From Dendrobates tinctorius (taxonomy: Eukaryota), in assembly GCF_039654945.1 (NCBI RefSeq), contig NW_027361679.1, forward strand, positions 79,484,001 to 79,548,000: a stretch of 64,000 nucleotides of DNA, written 5' to 3'. Shown piece by piece: positions 37,472-47,915 of the stretch. How positions within the stretch are numbered: position 1 is the stretch's first letter; each line of letters begins with the position of its first letter. The notes under the pieces were generated by a model, which made no database searches, had not been told where the DNA came from, and saw nothing but the letters and a program-made list of their open reading frames with translations. Both the position numbers and the translations under genes were made by a program.

Positions 37472-37994
37472 TTAAGTGAAAAATTTATCGTAGTACAATG
37501 TGAACATCAGACATTTAATCATTAAACATAATATATATTTATTGGAATACAACTTTAGAACACAAAAAACTAATTGTAAATATGTAATACACTATGTNNN
37601 NNNNNNNNNNNNNNNNNNNNNNNNNNNNNNNNNNNNNNNNNNNNNNNNNNNNNNNNNNNNNNNNNNNNNNNNNNNNNNNNNNNNNNNNNNNNNNNNNNNN
37701 NNNNNNNNNNNNNNNNNNNNNNNNNNNNNNNNNNNNNNNNNNNNCGCCCCTCGCTGGCTACGGCCATGATTCACACACAGCGTTTTTGCAGATACGTTTT
37801 TTGCAGGAAAATGCAGTGACTCTGGGCATCCCAGCAAAGTCAGTGGGTTTCAAGATAGGACATTCAGACACATCGTTTTGTGAAGATCCATTTTTGGGCT
37901 CAAAAACGGATCCTCAAAAAGAATGAGTCTGTCAGTTTGTGTGGCGCTTTTCTAATCTGCTTTTGCTATTGAAAACATTATGAGCTCAAAAACC

Positions 37995-38480
37995 TTTCAG
38001 GATGTACCAAACTGTAGATTTTGCCACTCCTATTGTTGTAGCAATTTCTCGGATGGGTTTTTTCTGTTTTTGCAGCTTAAGGTTGGCTTGTTTCACCTGC
38101 ATGGAGAGCTCCTTTGACCGCATGTTTCCTTCACAGCAAAACCTTCCAAATGCAAGCACCACACCTCAAATCAACTCCAGGCCCTTTATCTGCTTAATTG
38201 AGAATGACATAACGAAGGGATTGCCCACACCTGTCCATGAAATAGCCTTGGAGTCAATTGTCCGATTACTTTTGGTCCCTTTAAAAACAGGGTGGCACAT
38301 GTTAAGGAGCTGAAACTCCTAAACCCTTCATCCAATTTTAATGTGGATACCCTGAAATGAAAGCTGAAAGTCTGAACTTCAACTGCATCTGAATTGTTTT
38401 GTTTAAAATTCATTGTGGTAATGTATAGAACCAAAATTAGAAAAATGTTGTCTCTGTCCAAATATATATGGACCTAACGG
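37995..38480 (-). mobile_element. Tc1 5' fragment
   Basis: Terminus ta|ccgttaggtccatatatatttggacag; MRSKELSMQVKQ...PIREIATTIGVAKSTVWYIL. Confidence 0.75.
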
Positions 38481-39241
38481 TATACCCCTTTTCATATGTA
38501 AAGCGCCATGGAATAAATGGCGCTATAATAATAATTATTGTAGTGCTCTATAATCAGTCAGCGAACAAACTGCTTTGTGATACAGTCAAATATTTCAAAT
38601 ATTGACGCATCTGACTTTTTTTGCACCCAAGTTCATATGCTATCATGCATAGAAGAGACACTTGGCATTGTTTTCATATAGAAGGTATGGCTTTTGGGCT
38701 CCAACTCTTCCATGAAGATAACATCTGGCCAGACTACTAACAGTAGTTCTTACTGGTTGCTGAAAATTCTGACCGGATAGTGCTGCTGCACATGTTTCAA
38801 TTTCAAAAGGGAAGCAAGAATGATGTGTCTTATCTGCTGCACTAAAGTTTCATGGCAGACGTCTACAGTCTTCAACATTGCCCATTTCCTGGTGATTCTT
38901 CAAAATAGCTTGAACAGGACATATTGATACCTAAGTTTCACATTGAAACCAAACCATTGTCTGAAAGAAGCCTTGCTAATTCAATATAACTAAATTGCAC
39001 TTGATGTGGTACTCAGTCATGTCATGGTGTACGACCTGTGAAATGAAACTGTCTTCCACAACCTCACCTTTGTAGCAGGAGTTTGGCTATCCCTCACCCA
39101 GTAGTAAGCCTCCTACTCAGTGGTTTCCTACTACATATGGAAATGATAACCATCACTTGTTTGGTATAATTGGTTACTCATACACCTGACTATAATCCAA
39201 CAATATCCTTAACTTTTTGCTAGTGTACCTAGAAGAATTAA

Positions 39242-39690
39242 AGGGAATCTGTCACCCCTTTTTGAGATATCATATAATGATATCATTCAATTGTGTGTCA
39301 CATAAGGATTCTCTTAGTACTTTTGCTTCCCCCTGACCCCGCACCTTTCATGCATAAATACCTTGTTTATATCGGTTCAGATGTATGGAAACTGCTGCTG
39401 TCCGGTCTGCTGGGTGGGGCTTATTCACCTGCTCCCCCCCCTCCCTGTCTTGCTCTACGCATTTCTTCTTGTGTAGAGCAAGACAGGGAGGGGGGGAGCA
39501 GCTGAATAAGCCCCGCCCATTGGACCGGACCGTGGCAACTTACATACATCTGAACCGATATAAAAAAGGTATTTATGCATGAAAGGTGCGGCGTCAGGGG
39601 GAAGCAAAAGTACTAAGAGAATCCTTATGTGACACACAATTGAATGCTATTATTATATGACATCTCAAAAAAAGGGGTGACAGATTCCAT
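39242..39690. mobile_element. Palindromic T2/Kolobok MITE inserted in a Tc1 3' remnant
   Basis: TTAA TSD; ~210-bp near-perfect inverted arms; host reads VPRRI/NVVLKAQGDHTKY* and ends ~39835. Confidence 0.88.
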
Positions 39691-40025
39691 TTAATGTTGT
39701 TTTGAAGGCACAAGGTGACCATACTAAATATTGATTTGATTTAGTTTTCTTTTTTAGTTCAGTTTGAATTCTGTTCATTGACAAAAATAAACGCAACACT
39801 TCTCTATGTAAAAGTGTTCTTTCTTTGAAGCACTGTATACAGACCTGTCATCTAAGGCTTTTTTTTCGCACAGTATTGCATGTATGCCATTGTTTTACTC
39901 TTTTTTTTATGATTGCACACACTTTGTTTTTTTTGGGCAAAACAAATGCAATTAGTTTACCCGTGTGTGTGAATATAAAGTAATATCGCCCATACGATGA
40001 AGGCACTGAATAAACTATCACTCAC

Positions 40026-40197
40026 CGCTTAGAATTTGCTGCACAGCGTCATTTCCCATCTGTGCTGCTGTAAAACCTTGCAGAGAGATGATTGATGCAT
40101 CAGAGCCAAAGCTCAACAGAAGACGACACGTCTGCAGGTGACCTCCCAGAGCAGCTCGGTGCAGTGCTGTTTGTCCAAGTGTGTCCAAGGCATTCAT
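40026..40197 (-). CDS. tnks: Tankyrase-1 coding exon (172 bp)
   Basis: cctaag|ATG AAT GCC...AGC G|gtgagt; [57 protein letters not shown]. Confidence 0.95.
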
Positions 40198-40559
40198 CTT
40201 AGGAGAAGCAACCCAAATGCATTAAAACAAAGTGTATATAAATCAGGCAGAGTACACAGTTCTTTCAAAAGATTTTATCCTCCAGTTTGTCTCTGATAAT
40301 ATGATGGAGATTAGCGGTGAGGCAACTTAGAGAGATCCACGAAAATTTTGATCTATAGAGAGCAACTTAGTGTGAACTGCCAAAATTTGGCAGTCAATTT
40401 TAACATGTGTTAAACAGAAATTAATGTGACAATGCAAGTTTTAAATTGCTTCTAGAATATAGAAATCAAGTAAAATATAAACAGTATGTGCAATGCAAAT
40501 AAAAATGTAATAGTAAGTTTACATTAATACAGTGCTCTCCATCGAGCACTAGATCAGAC

Positions 40560-40731
40560 GGTCACCCTCACCGCGTCTGACAGGTTAGTACGACCGCCGA
40601 CCACTGCTGCATCGCTAGTGAGATCTGCCTGTGTGGCAGCTCACTAGCGATCATTTAGCGATGCACCAACGATCCTGACCGGGTCATATCGTGGTCGGGA
40701 TCGCTGGTGCATCGCTAAATGTAACGGGGCC
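40560..40731. mobile_element. Harbinger MITE terminal fragment
   Basis: Similar to the end of 14120-14716 (...tcgctaaatgtaacggggcc). Confidence 0.6.
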
Positions 40732-40734
40732 TTT

Positions 40735-41438
40735 AGAGGGTCAGATCAGGAGACCTTGGTGGCCATTCAACTAGCCCACGACGAACAATCCACTTTCCAG
40801 GAAACTGTTCATGTAGGAATGTTCGGCCCTGACACCCGTAATTGATGGTATGGTGTGGTATATGGGGTTCAAAGATAATGAAGGCATTCTTCATCCATGG
40901 AAACCTCAATGCCACATGATGATGTGTTGCCCTCTTTTGCACTGATGGCACATTCCCTGAGTTTTTCCAGCAAGATGATGCACCACCACATTATGGGCGT
41001 CAGGTCCGAGCATTCCTACAAGGAATCTGACCCCCTTAGACTAGCATTTCTTCTGTGGTGTTGCTATCAGTGAATCAAGAGTGGGAGAAGAGAGTTGCAT
41101 TGACAATCCAACACAATGGGCAGCACTGTGAACACATTTTATAAGCGGTCATAAACTTGTAAATAACTCATGAAAGAATAAAGTTACGCTAAAAACAAGC
41201 ACACCATTGTTTTTCATTTTTTTTTGTGAAATTGTCAATAAGTATGTGTCACATGACCCTCTCTTCCCATTGGAAAAAATGTTGGATCCAAAATGGCTGA
41301 CTTAAAAATGGCCACCATGGTCACCACCCATCTTGAAAAGTTTCACCCTCCCATATACTAATGTGCCACAAACAGGAAGTTGATATCACCAACCATTCCC
41401 ATTTTATTTAGGTATATCCATATAAATGACCCACCCTG
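40735..41438. mobile_element. Rearranged DD41D (rosa/Visitor-type) mariner-like relic
   Basis: Plus strand FQQDDAPPHYGRQVRAFL and LTPLD; minus strand FLHEQFPGKWIVRRGLVEWPPRSPDLT; end ...acccaccctg|ta. Confidence 0.68.
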
Positions 41439-42541
41439 TAGTCAACTTCGATAAAACCAAAATTAAGAGAAGATACAAACTTCTCATTTTCTAGTCTAAA
41501 AAAGTAAAATTTATAATTTGTAATGTCTGCAAACATTTTCTTTTTATTTCCCATACAGTGAGAGACATTTAAGCTTTTTGTTTTTTAATTTAACAGTCCT
41601 TTCCAGCCCAAGATGGTATAACTGCTAAAATCATACCAGAGAAAACAATGCAATAGCTCATATAGCCCAACTAGCAGAAAAATAAAGGTCATGAGACTTT
41701 TAATGCATCAAAACAAAACAAACTAAAGGGATTTATTTTGCAAGCACAGGGTGTAAAACAAACCAATGTAGACAATTAATATCTTTATAATCTTAAAGGT
41801 GGATATATTATGCTATAAAAACTTTAAAAAATTTTTTTTAAAAAAAATGTGTGGTCTTATTCTATTCCCTGTAATCGTAATAAAAAAAAAAAAATCTCAT
41901 ACAAATGGCTGCATAAACGAGGGAAAAAAAGCTATAGGTTTTGAAAGGGGATGAAAAAGAACAAGACAAAAGTGACTGTCTTATGACCTAAATTCGGTAA
42001 CATCTCAAAGGATAAAGTGGTTCCAAACCAGGAAGTCAACGTAACATTGTCACTTTATGTCGCTATGAAGAAAAAAAGCCAAGTTTTCTAACGTGCAACT
42101 AATATAATTGCCAAATAGGGTTGAAAAGAAAAACCTGTTTCTATACTTTATGGCTTTCAGTCTGTCTCATGAGTCTCCCTAATTACAAGGGATGGGATTG
42201 ACTTTTCATTTCAAGCTCTAAACCCTCAGAAGCAGTTTGTAATGAAATGACACAAAGAGATATCATTGCAGATAGATGGCCAAGATACTCCAATTAAATT
42301 ACTCACCCTGTTGCCAGGAACAGGGATGAATCAGTCTGAACAGCAAAGTAATTTTCATAAAAGCTGAATGCCTTTGAGGTAGTGTAGGATTTTCAGATAA
42401 ATGTACTGACCTAATATTCTAATTGTATCTAACCCTGAGCTATCTATAAAGATAGAGAGGAGCAGACAGCCGAGATTGGTATAGATAAGAAATCATCAAT
42501 TCTATGCAGTTATTAATTTTCACTTCAATATTCGCTCTTAC

Positions 42542-42620
42542 CTTAGCTCCATGTTTATGCAGAACTTCAACTACATCGTTGTGTGCTCTTTCAGCAGCTA
42601 CGTGTAACGGTGTCATGAAA
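42542..42620 (-). CDS. tnks: Tankyrase-1 coding exon (79 bp)
   Basis: ttag|T TTC ATG...GCT AAG|gtaaga; (D)[26 protein letters not shown]. Confidence 0.95.
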
Positions 42621-42795
42621 CTAAAGCATAAAAAAAAAATTATAGATATTGTTATGGATCGGAGAAATCAAAACTCAAAATCACTGCTTCTCCTCTGTGT
42701 GTAGGTAAATTAATTAGCGAGTGGTTGAACGTTTCGGAAAGAAAAAACTCTTCCTGTGTACTTCCTTGTCAGCAAATAGGAGCAATTATCTTTAA

Positions 42796-43386
42796 AGGGA
42801 ATCTGTCACCCCATTTTTGGCCAATGAGCTGCGGCCACCACTATAAGGGGCTTATCTACAGCATTCTGTAATGCTGTAGATAAGCCCCCAATGTAACCTG
42901 AAAGATAAGAAAAACAAGCTAGATTATACTCACAGGGGGTGAGGTGGGTGTCGCGGTTCGGTCCGGCGCCTCCCATCTTCTAGTGATGACATCCTCCTTC
43001 TTACTTCTGCTGCGGCTCCTGCGCAGGTGTACTTTATCTGCCCTGTTGAGGGCAAAGTACTGCAGTGCGCAGGCACCGGGAAAGGTCAGAGAGGTACGGC
43101 GCCTGCACACTGCAGTACTCTGCTCTGCCCTCAACAGGGCAGATAAAATACCCCTGCGCAGGAGCCGCAGCAAAAGTAAGAGGACGTCATCGCTAGAAGA
43201 TTGGCGGCGCCGGATCGGACCGCGACAACCATCGGACCGGACCCCCGGGTGAGTATAATCTAACTCATTTTTCTTATCTTTCAAGTTACATCGGAGGCTT
43301 ATATACAGCATTACAGAAAGCTGTAGATAAGTCCCTGATGGCGGTGGCTGCATCTCATAGGCAAAAAATGGGGTGACAGATTCCCT
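42796..43386. mobile_element. Palindromic T2/Kolobok MITE
   Basis: TTAA|AGGGAATCTGTCACCCC ... GGGGTGACAGATTCCCT|TTAA; long inverted arms. Confidence 0.9.
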
Positions 43387-44718
43387 TTAATGAAGCACCT
43401 AAGGCAGACTCAACTCAACCAGGGACATCACATGGCAAAAATGGAAATTCCATATTTAGCTGAAATATCTATAACAAATCAATGCTCAAACAATCCATTG
43501 ATATACTTGTGGTCGATGAAAATAATTGATTCTGTGGCTGCAAGTGCAATTGTATTCAGGTATGGGGAACAACAGACATGTAACGTCAACCCAAAATATA
43601 GATATAATCAATCATGTTTGGCGTGTCAAGGATGGCGAAAGCATGGCAGTCATATTTCTCTAGAAGGTTTCATTATAAATTAGCATTATGTCCTAAACTG
43701 TGTCTTTCTNNNNNNNNNNNNNNNNNNNNNNNNNNNNNNNNNNNNNNNNNNNNNNNNNNNNNNNNNNNNNNNNNNNNNNNNNNNNNNNNNNNNNNNNNNN
43801 NNNNNNNNNNNNNNNNNNNNNNNNNNNNNNNNNNNNNNNNATCCAGGACATATAGAGTCATGTACATTTGTCAAAATTTTCACAGAAATCTCCACCACCA
43901 GAAGGTCTAAGATTCTATCCGTAAGACGTTTCTATATGTAAACCTTTTATTTTGTACCATATTGCCTTATGTCTTTTTGTTATTTAATATACTTGTAACT
44001 GTTTAAGCATTGTACCTTTTCTAACTATATTAAATCTGAAATTTGTAAATTGGTTACTTGCTGCTTTAAGTGTACCCACAATCTCAAAGAGGAAAACTAT
44101 AACCTGGTTGTGTTTCCCAGAATGCAAGACGAGTACCTATCAGATACTTGAGAAAGTTGGGTGTATATTGTACTTGTGGATCACCTAGGTAGGCGAGTGG
44201 TGGAAGCAAGAAGCGTGGTGTGGATGTGGGACCTGGCTGTAAAGGTTGTGGACGAGCGAGTGTAAGAAGCAGAGTCCCCCTTTATGGTACGTATCTAAAT
44301 AGTAATAAAGCATGTGACAGAAAATAATTTGTATCTTCTTCATTCAGAACAGAAAGGGATATTCAACGTAAATATATTTGTGTTGTATGATGTAAATGTG
44401 CAATTGATCAATCTTTAATGTTATAATCACACTTGGCAGTAAAGGTGCTGGACAGAGGTATGGCATTAGCATGTAACACACAAAATAGAAAGCAAGTGCC
44501 AATCTCATTTACGGCACTGTAGTGTTTGGCCATTGTGGTCATTTATAACAGCATGAAAACATCATAATAAGAGAACTGAATTCCAAGCTAAGAAATGGTG
44601 TACGTAATGATTCCATTTAGCTTCCTCGCTAACATAATACCCATTGTTACTGCAGACTGGTCCAACATAGACTATTCTACCACCGTATGAATTGCAATGG
44701 CAAAAACTGAACACATAC

Positions 44719-44810
44719 TCTTTATTCTTCTCGTTGACGCTGGCTCCCTTCCTGAGCAACAACTCCGTTATTTGTTTCCTTTTCGGGTGGAGAGAGGCCA
44801 CTGCGCAGTG
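44719..44810 (-). CDS. tnks: Tankyrase-1 coding exon (92 bp)
   Basis: acag|CAC TGC...AAA GA|gtatgt; [30 protein letters not shown] (TNKS1-type rather than TNKS2-type sequence). Confidence 0.95.
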
Positions 44811-45313
44811 CTGTGAAAAAGGTAGCAATGTTAGATAAAAGAAAAGAAAACTCAAGTAAGCACATACATAAAATGCCTAAAAGCACACTTAGGTTTTTCA
44901 GCTTTATCCGATATCATCTCTACCTCTGCTATATATTCCTAAGGCAGTCTTTCTACAAGACACACAGATGGAATCCCTCAGTCATTTATCAAATGCCTGG
45001 CTCAGCTACACAACGCACAGAGCAAAATCTAACAGGGTGATCAATGGTAAATTATGCTCCTCCGAAAACAATTTCGATTCTATAACTGCGGTGCCAGAGA
45101 TGAGCAATGCCCATGTCATTGAGGCAAGTAAGAAGCCAAAGAATAAATTGTCTACTTGGTACACTGGCCTGAAATCAAGCATCGCCTCCACAAAAACAAA
45201 CTTTCTGTTGGGTAGTAAAATGCACAGATCACCAAAAGGAATAGAACAAACATTGTCCATATGTTGCATTAGTCAATCAACGTCTTCTCATATTAAGATG
45301 TTATAGTCTAGGC

Positions 45314-45479
45314 CAGTGATGGCGAACCTTTTAGAGAGAGTGCCCAAACGGCAACCCAAAACCTAATTATTTATCATTAAGTGCCAACATGGCAATTTAA
45401 CCTGGGGCTGAAGCAGACATCAAAGACTTACAAAACACACACAGCGCCTCTGGAAAACACACATACATAACCCCTCAGA

Positions 45480-45528
<49 letters not shown>

Positions 45529-46547
45529 CCTCTCTGCAAAATACACACACACAACCCCTCTGCAAAACACACACACACAGCCTCTCTGCAAAACACACAC
45601 AGACAACCCCTCTGTAAATTACACACATTGCCTCTCTGCAAAACATAAACGTACACACACAGCCCCTCTGCAAAATACACACACACAACCCCTCTGTAAA
45701 TTACACACATTGCCTCTCTGCAAAACAAACATACACACACACACACACAGCCCCTCGGCAAAATACACACACACAATCTCTCTGCAAAATACACACACAC
45801 ACAACCCCTCTGTAAATTACACACATTGCCTCTCTGCAAAACAAACATACACACACAGCCCCTCTGCAAAATACACACACACACAGAACCCCCTGTGTAA
45901 AATACACACACAGTCCCTCTACAAAATACACACACACACTGCCCCTCTGCAAAATACACACACACACACTGCCTTTCTGCAAAATACACACACACAGCCC
46001 CTGTGCAAAATACACACACATTGCCTCTCTGCAAAACATAAAAATACACACACAGTCCCTCTACAAAATACACACACACACTGCCCCTCTGCAAAATACA
46101 CACACACATTGCCTCTCTGCAAAACACACACAGCCCCTCTGCAAAATACACACAGTCGACCTCACTGCAAAATACACATACACTCTGCACATTATATACA
46201 CACTGACCCACTGAATAAAGCTCCCCCCATTCCCACACACACTGCCTCTGTCAAAACTGTCCCCCCTTTCACAATGATACATTTAATGCTCAGTTCCTCC
46301 TGGTGCTCTTCCCAGTTCCCTGCGCTGTATCTGCTTCTCTGCAGCCCCAGTGTGATGAGGTCAGAAGTGTTATGACATCACACTGTTGCACATTGGACCC
46401 GTGGCTGACAGGCGCTCCTCTGCCCCAGTCCCGGTGCAGCACTGTTCAAATGTATTTGGGTCTTTTAGAAGCGAATACATTTGAACAAGGGAAAGGAGCG
46501 GCGAGCTTGCTCCTTCTGGCACGCGTGCCATATATTCACCACCACTG
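45314..46547. mobile_element. Non-autonomous hAT element with internal CA-rich minisatellite (45430-46210)
   Basis: TIR cagtgatggcgaa / ttcaccaccactg; degenerate TSD GTCTAGGC/GTCTGGGA; unit cctctgcaaaatacacacacaca. Confidence 0.78.
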
Positions 46548-46650
46548 GTCTGGGATATATTGATCAAATCTTTATAATTGCAGCTTTTGATGAACAGTTT
46601 ATTTTCACTATATTCCTGCTGCTCCTTTGAGTATTTTGTTTACTTTCTAA

Positions 46651-47347
46651 GGGCCCTGTCACACATAGCGACTCACCAGCAATCCCGACAACAATATGAA
46701 CTTGTCAGGATCGCTGGTGAGTCGCTATGTGATCGCTGGTGAGCTGTCAAACAGGCAGCTTCCCCAGCGATCAGGACCAGAGACACGCGGGTAACAAGCG
46801 ACGCACTTCGCTTAGTTACCCGCAGTGTATCTTAGTTACCAGCGCGCTGATACAGGGAGCTGGTAACCAAGGTACACATCAGGTTTCTAAGGGGCGCGCA
46901 GCACTTAGAAACCCGATGTGTACCTTGGTTACCAGCTCCCTGCATCAGCGCGCTGGTAACTAAGGTACACATCGGGTTTCTAGGCACAGCGCGCCCCCTT
47001 AGAAAACTGACGTGTCCCTTGGTTACCAGCTCCCTGCATCAGTGCACTGGTAACTAAGGTACACATCGGGTTTCTAGGCACAGGGCGCCCCCTTAGAAAA
47101 CCGATGTGTACCTTAGTTACCAACTCCTGCTCGCTGGTCTCCCGCAGCGATGCGTGCTGGCCAGCGGGAGACCAGCGACCCCAAAAATGTCCAGACATTT
47201 CAACAGCGATCAGCGATACCCGGCAGGGGGGCCGGTCGCTGATAGCTGTCACACACAGCGATCTGGCTCGTGAGATCGCTGTTGCGTCACAAAACTTGTG
47301 ACTCAGCAGCGATCTCGCTAGCGAGATCGCTGTGTGTGACGGGGGCT
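46651..47347. mobile_element. Harbinger-type MITE (opposite orientation to 14120-14716)
   Basis: TAA TSD; gggccctgtcacaca / tgtgtgacgggggct; expanded internal gctggtaac...gttaccagc palindromes. Confidence 0.87.
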
Positions 47348-47915
47348 TAAATCTGCCATGTAGATCACGATCACAAGATATGGTTCATTTTATTTAATCC
47401 TAACCTTAATGATCTTTTCAAAGGGGTGTGGATAACAAGATTCTCTGAGGGTCTTTAGGTTGCTCTGCATAACTGCCCTGAGAAAACACCCACCCCAACC
47501 CACAAGAAACAAAAAAAAAAAACCTCAGGAAACAGTGAATGATAAGAGCAAAAACTTTGACCTGGTGATGAGTCTTATCTAAATCAATATTAACCCCTTA
47601 GTGACTGGGCCAATTTTTTTTTTAAATCTGACATGTGGCACTTTATGTAGTAATAACTCTGGAAAGCTTCAACATATCCCATTGATTTTGAGATAGTTTT
47701 TTGTGGCCTATCAAATGCCATGATAATGGCAAATTTAGGTTGATATGTTTTACGTTTATTTATAAAAAAAAAAGTATCAGAAATTTTTCAAAAAATGTAA
47801 AAAAAAATTTGCAACTTTTAATGATTATCCCTTTAATCCAGATAGTCCTACTACACAAAAACATTAATACATAACATTTTCCTCATGTCTGCTTTACATC
47901 ACCACCATTTGTAAT

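Noticed and set aside
45420-46375. Long Cys/Val-rich and His/Thr-rich ORFs
   Set aside because: Translations of a CA-rich minisatellite; open in several frames
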